A DNA stretch of 63,999 nucleotides, filler included, from Perkinsus olseni (lineage: Eukaryota): NCBI GenBank assembly GCA_013115125.1. It is 5 parts of 5 records of this genome, joined end to end, with 100 filler letters (N's around TTAATTAATTAA, not from the genome) between each part and the next. Parts side by side here need not be neighbours in the genome. Positions count along the whole stretch, not along the records: positions 39,480 to 52,378 come from JABANN010000776.1; positions 52,479 to 63,999 come from JABANN010000827.1; 3 more parts are not named here. The stretch is one strand, 5' to 3'. Under the pieces are notes generated by a model, which did not search any database, was not told the origin of the DNA, and saw only the letters and a list, made by a program, of their open reading frames with translations. The translations under genes and the position numbers were made by a program. Positions 48,642 through 58,513 of the stretch are shown piece by piece. Position 1 is the stretch's first letter. Each line of letters opens with the position of its first letter.

Positions 48642-49742
48642 TCATCTCACCTTGGCAACACCAATGCGAGATTTGTCCCAATCGTATAGATGGTAGTTGC
48701 CAATGAGTGTGGGCAACCCCAGAAGCCACGTTCCTGCGAATTCGATAGCCAGGGTGCAGGAGGAGTCCACGTCTGCAGTCACATAGCTGGCTGGCGGTAT
48801 CTCGAGCGGCACCTTCTTAGGGAGTAGGGAGTCTTCTTTCAGGAAGAAGGTTATCGAAGGTAAGTTCTCAATGTCTCCGCAAGAGAGCTCGTAGAAACCA
48901 GCGCTCTCTGTGATTGTTACAGGTTTCTTGCCAGCGGTTCGGAGCAACTGGAGAACTGGCGTTTTCAGCTTATCGGGCATCTCGATGACATTAGTTCCCG
49001 TGTCAAAATACCCCGCTTGCGAAACTTTGATACGGTTCTTAGAGGCATCACCGATGCCCAAGTCCGTAACCATAATAGACTGCTCCTCCTTGTTCACAAC
49101 TTTCACATATTTCAGAGGACCGGTATATTTGCTCTTGTCTTCGCCACCCAGTATGAGCTCACCGCTGGGATCCTTTCCAGCTTTGAGGTACACCGAAAAG
49201 ACACTTTTTTCAATAAGCCGTCGACTCTTGGGCTTGGCGAGCAGCTGATAGATAAGAGGGACATACGGCTTAGATTTCGCACTCGGACGCGACAGTCCGA
49301 GGGCGGCGAAAGGGCTTTCGTTACAGCCAACAACCAGCCCGAAATCGATGCCATCCGCACTAGCGGTGCCGAAGTCAACTGTCCCAGAATGTTGGAAGAC
49401 CGTCACTTGCGAACCACCGAAGAATTCGTGCGTCTTGGTGGGGCCTTCGTGACACGACGATGGGTCACAATCATAACACTTGAACTTGAGTTCGGCGCAG
49501 CCTCCTGGATGAGTCCTCTCATACCACTGCTTCTCTACGAAAAAGGTGTACGGACTTCCGGTGTCCACCAGGACGGTGATGTCTTGACCGTCGACCTTAA
49601 GATCAGCCATCAGTTCAGCCGAGGTCGCACTGGCTTTAGTCTTCTGAGGGGATATAGTCATCCTCACAAGCTTCTCTCTGCATGACCCAACTAGAAGGCT
49701 GAGGAAGCCAAAGGCAACAGAAAGCTCGGGCTTGAGAATCAT
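48642..49742 (-). CDS. Secreted pepsin-like (A1) aspartic protease
   Basis: Signal peptide; VLVDTGS and FDTGT catalytic motifs; GELILGG; WLLG; YDWDKSRIGVA; intronless. Confidence 0.93.
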   Translation of the reverse strand: MILKPELSVAFGFLSLLVGSCREKLVRMTISPQKTKASATSAELMADLKVDGQDITVLVDTGSPYTFFVEKQWYERTHPGGCAELKFKCYDCDPSSCHEGPTKTHEFFGGSQVTVFQHSGTVDFGTASADGIDFGLVVGCNESPFAALGLSRPSAKSKPYVPLIYQLLAKPKSRRLIEKSVFSVYLKAGKDPSGELILGGEDKSKYTGPLKYVKVVNKEEQSIMVTDLGIGDASKNRIKVSQAGYFDTGTNVIEMPDKLKTPVLQLLRTAGKKPVTITESAGFYELSCGDIENLPSITFFLKEDSLLPKKVPLEIPPASYVTADVDSSCTLAIEFAGTWLLGLPTLIGNYHLYDWDKSRIGVAKVR

Positions 49743-51475
49743 AGACGGGCTGGCCTAATGTCGGATATGATTCGAGAAGACCCTCGTAGCCGTCAGACTT
49801 AGAAGGAGGGGGAACTGGATATGGAGGATACTCGGGCTGGCTAAGTCCATAGCGTGACGAGGAAATTCCTCGGAGGAATGCACGCGGGTGCATCATGCAC
49901 CGTGCATGAACTGCGAGGTTGTCGTCTGCTCCTAAATCAGGTGACCTGATGATCAGGTTGGACCTGACTGGTCCTGATCCCTCTATGATAAGTATGGGCC
50001 CTGTTCGCTGGTTTGCCAGGAAACTCACTTTCCAACAGCAGAAGTTCTGATTAGAGTTGAACCCGTCAGCGTTGAGCAGGCTCGAAATTTTCGAGTCGAA
50101 AAAACGCGAGCACACACGCACGTAAGTTCGCGGATCAGTGATTCCTCCGTGACGACTGTCTCGTCCCGAACAGCATCTGCCTCCTTTAGACAGCGCCTGT
50201 CTATTCGTCCCCACTTGCTCGTAGTGAGAGTATAAATGCATGCAGAGAGTCACTTGATTCAGTCCTCTCACTTGAGGAGAGGATAGCTAGCTGCTAGCTA
50301 TCAAATGGCGAGTTCTTGGAGAGGTACCCGAGAAAAGATTCTCATTTCCGTATACTCTTCTGGCCTCTCACAATAGGAACGGCGTCACGAGTATCCCACA
50401 CGATGACGATATTCATCTGAATACTGGTTCGATTGACCGAATAACAACTTCCGCGAAGGGAGTTTCAGCTCCACGTCCATTGTTGCAGCTAGCGCTGTAG
50501 CTGCAGGGACGTAGAGCACGCGCGTATACGTATGCACTAATAGTAACGACTATACGCTATGCGACAGCCACAACCCACTTCAGTACTGCTAAGCTGTTTG
50601 CCTATCCTCGCTGCAATCGCCCTTTACTGCTACCGCAAGTCATTAGCCTCAGATAGCCATCTGACATCATCATGCGTCTTTCACTCGCGTAGACGACTCG
50701 TGCAGCACGAGCCTATGATTATTAGCTCTGATTATCGGCGATCCGCATGCGATTTATGGCGGCTATGCGAAGTACCTGCCCCTTCCCTCGTACGGCGGGA
50801 GTCCACCGGTTGATTTCACTCGTTGATAGGCATTCACCGACCAAGGCTCGTCGGACGAGCCTTATCGGGTTCCACAACTGACCAGACCTGCCATGGCGTG
50901 GACGTCGTGTCCTGAGAATAGCCATGCTGTCTCGACGAGATTGGCCAGTAATCTGCCCTCGAGCGAGATGCCTGGTGACAGTGAGACTCCCACTAAGATG
51001 ATAGCGGGGGAGAGCATCCTCATGGGGTCCAGCAAGCCATCACCCACTTCGTGCGCGCTGCACACTGCGCAGCGATAGCAATACTTTCGACTTCGCATGC
51101 ATACGCTTACAGCCTCTGAGAGCCACAAAGATACCGTCGCTGTTGGAAGGGTGAAGGATGCTAGCTCACTGAAGCCAAAAGTGAGCTATGTCCAGCTCTG
51201 TTACCTAAAGTCTCTAGGTAACGTGCTAGCTCAAGCTCACAACGTTGCAGCAGGTGGGTGCTGTAATGAGCTTGGGAGCCTCTCGGGTTGTGCTCGCCGC
51301 TTTCATGTTTCTTAATGTTAAACATTTCTGGTAGTGGTTTAATGTTTGCCAAAATCAAGTTCGGTAGGCAGGTGGCCTGTGTGGCACGGTTCCTGGCACG
51401 AGTGTTAAGGAAACCGGAATTCTCAGGGCGCGCTGCGTAAGTGTTGTTGAAAACTCCCAAAGGAGTGCCCTTTCC

Positions 51476-51659
51476 ATGATGACCCAGCTGATCATCTCGT
51501 TGAATATACTGCTCGCCGTCATTCTCCTAGCTGCGAATGGGCAGGTCATGAAGCTAGAGACGACTTACGAAGAATCACCTCCCTACGGCTTCGGATTCTT
51601 CCACACTCTGACAGACGGCCGTGGGCAGCCCACGACCGCTCTTGTCGACACTGGCCCAG
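51476..51659 (+). pseudogene. Aspartic protease 5' fragment interrupted by an insertion
   Basis: Signal peptide, then GQPTTALVDTG; similarity is lost directly afterwards. Confidence 0.65.
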
Positions 51660-52378
51660 TGTCACTGGGTCCGACTGTGATGAGATTGTGTTAACGTCTA
51701 CTTTGTGTATTTTGTCTCCAGTATCTTAGCGTAAGCTAGTACTGGTCTGAGTTACTGTTCTTTTAATCGTACGGTTAAGTTAAGTCTTCAACAACTCTGT
51801 GTGAGTTGAGTTGTAGTGGTATCAACAACATTCACTACAAATTGGTACTGGGACCGAGAGCCTCCTCTTAGTGCAGATATTGTAACTCCGTGAACGTTCC
51901 CTTTGGTGAAGAATAATGTCGATTGCGCTTTCTGAGTTAGAAGGTGTGATAAATGGTCTCCGTGACATTTAATCAGCTCAACAGCAACTTGCTACCACTC
52001 GTTCCCAATCCGTTGGTGTTAAGCTTACTGACAGTCTGCAGCTTCCCTCATTTAACCCTGATGATAGTGATGACTGGCAGTTCTTCATCAAAAGCTGGGA
52101 GCGCGTTGTTGGTTTGGCTGGTAATATTAATGAAGGCACTAAGTTGGAGCTGTTACATCAAAGTATGAAGGGCTCTGGTAAAAAGATCGCTGATGCGTAC
52201 GTCAATGGTGTTGAAACGTCTTACGCTGGTCTCAAGAAATATCTCCAAGCTACTTACGAACTTTCCCCTCAATGCCGACGTGTGAGAGTTCTGAAGCGTT
52301 ATAACTCATTAAGGCTTGCTAATCAGCCGTCTTTGACTGACTTTAAGAAGTTTCAGGCTCAATGGGTGCTACTCTGTC
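51660..52378 (+). mobile_element. LTR retrotransposon 5' end: putative LTR (~51660-51839), PBS (51843-51858) and gag-like ORF
   Basis: TGT...ACA segment followed by aat-TGGTACTGGGACCGAG; gag-like LPSFNPDDSDDWQFFIKSWERVV...KLELLHQSMKG...YAGLKKYLQATY from an ATG at ~51916, with one in-frame TAA; cut by the contig end. Confidence 0.7.
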
Positions 52379-52478
52379 NNNNNNNNNNNNNNNNNNNNNN
52401 NNNNNNNNNNNNNNNNNNNNNNTTAATTAATTAANNNNNNNNNNNNNNNNNNNNNNNNNNNNNNNNNNNNNNNNNNNN
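52379..52478. other. Artificial contig linker
   Basis: N44-TTAATTAATTAA-N44. Confidence 0.97.
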
Positions 52479-52709
52479 CTCCTTCTTCGCACTCGACGTG
52501 GACGAAGGTGTCCCCAATAGAACCACGGTGCCGTTGTAAAGCTTCTCGGCACTGGGTGGCTCCAGAAGCACCATTTCCGTCTGTGATAGATATCCAAATT
52601 CGAGAGTGCTTCCAAGCGCCTTACACACTGTGGAAGCTCTCTAGCCGCGCCTCTCCTCAGTTGTTTCAACATTGTGCTTTACGTTCCATAGCTGGCACGG
52701 CCCTCAGTA

Positions 52710-55073
52710 ATGATAGCATCTATTCTTCTGTATTGTTCCCTCGCGGCCACAGTGTACGCACCCGCCGACAACAAAATGCGAACCGATGGGTCATATGTTG
52801 AGCCTGCAAGCCTCCCCGCGGGGAAGTACACCGCGGTTATACAGGATGGGAACGTCATATGCCCCGAGCTCCCAAGGCTTACTGCCTTCGAGATGGTGGT
52901 CACCGACGGTCTGTTTGGACAGGCAGCCAAGTTCTATGCGGAAGGCCTAGACCATGGGCCTTCAAGCACGCCATGGTCAATTCATAGTCGCCTAGATGCT
53001 GATTTGGTATGGTACGACTCCGGCACCGTGATGACTTTGAAGCGATTCGGGTCTCTGACAATCGAGAGGCCCCCCATGTGTTTCCATAGCTCTCCTAGAT
53101 CACTCCTCTCGAGTTTTGGTAATGAGCTCTACGCCAGGCTTCACTTAGAGCCTCCAACGTCTACGAAAGATCATACGCAGATCATCGTCTGCGATACTGA
53201 GCTAGGGCTCATCGTTGGTATCAAAGGAAATGCACCGAAACGTTGGACCTCCACTGGCTACGGTGTTCTGCTGGAGCGACAACAATCGGTGGATACAGCG
53301 GCCGTGTCTGCGGCATCAGGGGCGACTGAGAGCACGGACGATCACATCCATACTACACCCCTCGATAAAGCCGACCACCGAATCTGGAAGGATGATGGTA
53401 TAAAACTTCTATGTCGTGCGATCATCCCTGCGGGGACGTACAAGGCGATTGAAGTGTACGGAAGCGTCGTGAGCCCTCCATTCCCTAACCTCACGGACTT
53501 CGAGATGCTCGTCACTACGGCTGGCAGCGGTTCGCGAGCTAGGTTCACTGCTCGAGGGTTAGATCCTGCGTCACCGGACGGCCAGTGGTCTAGCAGTAGT
53601 CACGAGGTGGACCTGGTCTGGTATAGCGGTGACGTTGTCCGTATGTTGGGGAAATTGGGCTTACTGGAAGTCGATAAGGCCCGGCGATGCTTACACGGCC
53701 AACCTGAGGGTGCGGTCAATGACTTCTTCAAGGACTTGACCGTGTTTCTGCGCCCGGGTAGACCACCACCTGGTAAATTGTTTACGAAGCTCATCGTTTG
53801 CCTAACAGCCGGAGGTTTCGTGGTTGGTATCGGGAGGAATGGACTCAAGCATTGGTACTCTTCTGAGTACGGCTTTCTATTGGCTCCTAATCCTATGCTG
53901 CAGCCATCATGGTATGATGAACGACAAGTGGTGGAGCCTTCGAAAGGGGCTATTCCAGTGAGCAAAAGGAAGCGTCCTCCCGCCCCAACGGCGTCATTGA
54001 GTAAACGGCCTAAGAGAGATGAGAGAACTTCGGCGAGGAGCCTGAAGGACAATCCCGCTCACCTTGGGATGTCTAATATAACACGACCTGAACAAGTTTC
54101 ACGCTCTGCTGGAGGTTCGTCCATTCTGCTAATGGCGTCATCGAGCGTCGCGCATTCACCATTACCTCAAGTAGGAGTGGACGGTAGAGTAGCCGTACAT
54201 GAAAATAATAATACGGACGAGAACAAGGGACTGTCTATTCCGCCTGTGGTCCATGAAGTGAGGGCAAAAGAGTTTGATGATGATCATGATGGCGATGGTG
54301 GCCTCGAGAGTATCGACGACGAGGATTCGAGCTCCCACGAGGATTGGTTGGAATCTTTATTCGGCTCACCAGGAGCTGTCTTCACATCATTGCCTGCTGA
54401 AGTAATGGACGTGACACCAGGCTTTGATGGGCATCATCGCGAGACAGGCGACATGCCCTCCACAGCTGACTTGGATGAGCATGAACTCACTGGAGTGTTC
54501 GACATCGGAGCTCATCAGAATACAGTCCCTATTATGCCTTCAGTCGACTCACGACCACCCGCCACCCACTCGCCTCTTCCAATAGACCCCACAGGAGTTG
54601 ATGGGAGGCATCCTCGTATGGGGGATAATACGCCATCTGTCTCAAGTGCGATACACGAAGGTGCTTATGAGACAGACGACACTGGGCTCGACAGCGTGAA
54701 GGAAGTTGTCATGTACGTCGAAACTGAGCCCGACACCGATCGCCTTTGGGTGAAGCTCATTTTCAGCCTGTGTAATTATGAGGAACCATTGTACTTCCAC
54801 GACGCGACGGCGGTGCAGGACGACGACCACGGCGGCTGCCTTCAGCTAGATCTCTCTGGCGAAGGCCATTCATTCACTCGATATCCCCGTCCTTCAAGCA
54901 TGTACAGTATCAGAGCCCAGTCCATCCCCCTAACATCTTTCCGTATTTGTGGTACCGCACGGGGTAGCAGTTGTTTTCTAATGTTCAACAGAACAGACTC
55001 GATTGGACAGGCTGGAGGGCTCACTACGTCGACCACCATTAAGATGCAACTACACAGAGTCTCGCATAGCTGA
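52710..55073 (+). CDS. Hypothetical secreted protein with an internal domain duplication and basic NLS-like motifs
   Basis: 787-aa intronless ORF; hydrophobic N-terminus; LPAGKYTA..LTAFEMVVT and IPAGTYKA..LTDFEMLVT repeats; KRKRPP...KRPKR. Confidence 0.75.
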   Translation: MIASILLYCSLAATVYAPADNKMRTDGSYVEPASLPAGKYTAVIQDGNVICPELPRLTAFEMVVTDGLFGQAAKFYAEGLDHGPSSTPWSIHSRLDADLVWYDSGTVMTLKRFGSLTIERPPMCFHSSPRSLLSSFGNELYARLHLEPPTSTKDHTQIIVCDTELGLIVGIKGNAPKRWTSTGYGVLLERQQSVDTAAVSAASGATESTDDHIHTTPLDKADHRIWKDDGIKLLCRAIIPAGTYKAIEVYGSVVSPPFPNLTDFEMLVTTAGSGSRARFTARGLDPASPDGQWSSSSHEVDLVWYSGDVVRMLGKLGLLEVDKARRCLHGQPEGAVNDFFKDLTVFLRPGRPPPGKLFTKLIVCLTAGGFVVGIGRNGLKHWYSSEYGFLLAPNPMLQPSWYDERQVVEPSKGAIPVSKRKRPPAPTASLSKRPKRDERTSARSLKDNPAHLGMSNITRPEQVSRSAGGSSILLMASSSVAHSPLPQVGVDGRVAVHENNNTDENKGLSIPPVVHEVRAKEFDDDHDGDGGLESIDDEDSSSHEDWLESLFGSPGAVFTSLPAEVMDVTPGFDGHHRETGDMPSTADLDEHELTGVFDIGAHQNTVPIMPSVDSRPPATHSPLPIDPTGVDGRHPRMGDNTPSVSSAIHEGAYETDDTGLDSVKEVVMYVETEPDTDRLWVKLIFSLCNYEEPLYFHDATAVQDDDHGGCLQLDLSGEGHSFTRYPRPSSMYSIRAQSIPLTSFRICGTARGSSCFLMFNRTDSIGQAGGLTTSTTIKMQLHRVSHS

Positions 55074-56227
55074 GGTAAGCCAATCATATAGTAGGCTATG
55101 CAACCAATAGATGATGTTACGCTGTTGATGGCCAATGACGGTGATGTGTTCAGTGCGAAGCCTCTCGGGGTTCCCTCTGGCTCGCTCTTTCATTGAGTTA
55201 TGAATCCGGATAGACAATCCTCTATGCGACCAAATGTCAGCTGGGATGGGGTGAACGAGTTTTGAGATGATCAACCTCTTCGGGACCCCTCAGGATCGTG
55301 TGACAGCCGAACACTGCGGCAAACGACTCCATTGGTGCGATCCACCCATCGAAAAGCCGCCACGGCCTCCCTCTGCGATCGCTGTTGACCTTCCGAGTGT
55401 CATTTGATCACTCCGCACAGTCCAAATGGCATTTAGTAAATGACTGCGCTCCCGGCTGAATACCACAAACAATGAGTATCATGTCGCAGCGGTAGGTCAT
55501 CCGACCCTGTCGAGCTTGTGACTGAGTTGGGACACTGGTTTTCGAGAACTAGCTTCATTTCATCCGATTCAGCCGCCGCCATCCCAATGAACACTCATTT
55601 GTCGCGCTCGGCGCCACGGAACAACTGTCCCATCACCTGCCCCGTACAAAGAGAGAGAAAAAAAGAGAGAAAAAAATCGGTGTGTTGGGCACACACGCCA
55701 CGGTAACTGGTCTGAGCGTCACAGCATACGTGGAACTAGTGGTCAAAGCGCGCACAAGAGTCCTGCAATGGGCTGACACCTGCCGCTAGCTGAGACCGAC
55801 CGAGTTGTGTGCCAAACACGACATAGGGAACGAGCAAGGTGAGGTAACGAGTCCGGCTCGAACTGTACCTTCAAGCACACGTGCTTTCCAATTCACGACG
55901 AGCGACCTCAATACTCGAGCTATCATGACAAAGCAGGCTACAGCATGCTACTCTCAAACTCATACTCTCGTCTGGGTTCGATTCCCGCGTGGGATATTTT
56001 CCCATAAAACACCTCGACAGTTGTTTCCCAAGGACGCACGAATGGATCCGCATCGGTCCAGTCGAAGACTCTCACTTTCCTTCACACAGCTCCTGGCTAA
56101 CCATAGGGAGCGGGGCTGTGTGACAGTCTTAAGTGCTCTACCCTGTGTAACAATACTCTTATGAGCGGCAAGCCCATGGTGACAACCGTGGACGGGAAAC
56201 GCGAGCAGCATTACTCTAATATGATGT

Positions 56228-58338
56228 TCAAAGTTTGACTTCAGCCCTTTGTATAGCCCTACGATCGAGTTTAGTCTGAGCTGCTTCGGCGGCGGCGGCG
56301 GCGACGTGCGGCGTCCCAAGGCAACCGCTGCTGTAAAGAGCAAGGAGTATGTACGGCCGGCTCAGCCACCTTACCACTGTTAGTTTATCGTGTGTTTCAC
56401 GTATTACTAACGACGACTGATGTGTTTCCAATTGAATACGTTTTCGCTTGAGTGAGAATACTGCGCTCGGGATCTTCACCCTGCTGCCCCCGACTTTTGA
56501 AACGACAGACCACTAAAGAAAGAAAATTAAATAATGGTTGCAGCAGCGGTGACGATGAGCTATGATGATAGATCAATATTCACGACATAAATATCCTCAC
56601 GAGTGCCGATCTGACAGGACGATCTAAGTAGACCAGCGAATTCGAACAGCCAACGCTCACTGGTTCCTTCTGGATCGTCTTCTCCGGCTCAGTCATCTCG
56701 AATGTTATCGGTCCATCTGAATATTTCTCCGCGATTTCAGCCGCTACCTGGACGAGAAAACAAGTTACACACGAGGATGGAGATCCGCGGACTACCGGGA
56801 AGGTCCTCGAAGCCAATAATTGGGCGTATCGCTGCTTTCGCGAGGTAACTTCATCGGCTAAACGAACGAATCACGAGGACACGGCGCCCTACCGCGACCC
56901 ACCATCAATCAGGGAGGGCTGTGCGCTCAAGTCGAAGTAGTTCTGCCGGGCTCGGTCGACTATACCGTACACGTCGAGCTGGTTGGCCGCCTCCGGACCT
57001 TCAACGACGAGGTGAGAGCAATTTTGCAGTACCATCCTCTCACCGAGTTGTTGAAGTATTGGTATTATCGAGGTGAACGGGACAGGGGTCTCAGGTAGCT
57101 GAACGACGGCGTTGGTGTCTGCACAAGTAGAGCATGATACCCTTACTTCCTCCACAGCGGGCGTTCCTGGCTCGGACGAAGGCCCGCGATAAGGGGGACC
57201 GCTGGAAGCCACTATCGGTGCTGGCGACGGCACACTCGGCTGAGCAGACAGGATGCGGGAGCCCATTGTGTCGGATCTCCCAACCTTGGCCGGTATTGGC
57301 GATGAGGATTGTTGCTCAGGCTGTTGGACCGCTACAGGCGGCCCCTGAGGAGGTATTCCCAGGGGTTGTGCCCCAGGCTCGACTGCTGCTACTGTTGGTG
57401 ACGGCGCTCGCATAGCTGCAGCTTGCCGGGACTGAAAGCTTCAGGCGATCATCGTCCTTGGTGATACGGTCTCATATCATCACTAAGTCTCCCCGAAGGT
57501 GAGGCACGAGGAAACAGCGGCGCTATTTTGAAGAATTCTCAACCGCCGTAGTACCCCATTTAGTTCCGAGGTGGTAGTAGCGGGAGTTGAGGGACAATAA
57601 CAATAACACCAACGATTGGCGTCGTTGGGATGATAAGCCCTTACATCAACTCCGAGGAACTTCTGCAGTACTCTGGTGCGGACATCAGGCTCGATAGCCA
57701 ACACGCCGTCCATGTACCTGTCATTGGTAATGGCGTGGGGGTGGTGGTGGAGGATGCACTCACGCCTGGAGACCTCTCTGGCGCTCCTCGATAAAATGAG
57801 GATCCATAGTACCCCACAACTTCTTACCAGGGATCTGGAGGAAATGCAAGATAGCAAGATTGACTACAACACCCGTAAGTCCCGATGACACATCCCCATT
57901 ATTGCTAAACGCGATACCAAATTATCCACAACTCACCTTGGGGATACGGTCCGGGTATTTCAGCTTGAGATGATCATGCAGTTCTCTGATCTCACGATAC
58001 CTTCGACTAACCGTCCACTTGTCCCCATTAGAAAGATTACTGACCTCGATGAAGTACTCAGTATAACTGAGGACAAAAAATGCAAACAACAAGCGAAAAC
58101 CGTTTTGATGAGCGGAGCGAAGCACGCTGGTGACGAAAGGGAGGACTGCATAATGATCAGCAACGGTAATGCCATTCTGAAAACTGACGACATCCCCCTT
58201 CACCATCTTAGGAGCAGAGACCACCACATCAAAGCAAAAATTTCGTTGGGAAGTTATGGGCCATTCGAGGGGTTGAAAGGGTGGCGGATCTCTCTCGACA
58301 GACTCTGTTTCAAGTGGGTCCACTAGGCAACTGTGCAA
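56228..58338 (-). CDS. PX (phox) domain protein
   Basis: YTEYFIEV...KWTVSRRYREIRELHDHLKLKYP / IPGKKLWGTMDPHFIEERQRGLQ / YMDGVL...LQKFLG; ends approximate. Confidence 0.85.
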
Positions 58339-58513
58339 CTGCAGTTAATACTAAATAGCGCCCTCCGCTACCACATCTTGGGTGATTAACGAACGATTTG
58401 TGAAAAATGTGGTATTCCGAGATTCGAGAATTTAACGACATACTTCCGTAACGGCGACAAGCAAGAGGGAATGGGTACTTCGACTGGTGCCGGCGTTAGT
58501 TTATTCTCGCGAC

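Noticed and set aside
49017-49685. 222-aa plus-strand ORF and other antisense ORFs
   Set aside because: Shadow frames of well-supported genes on the opposite strand
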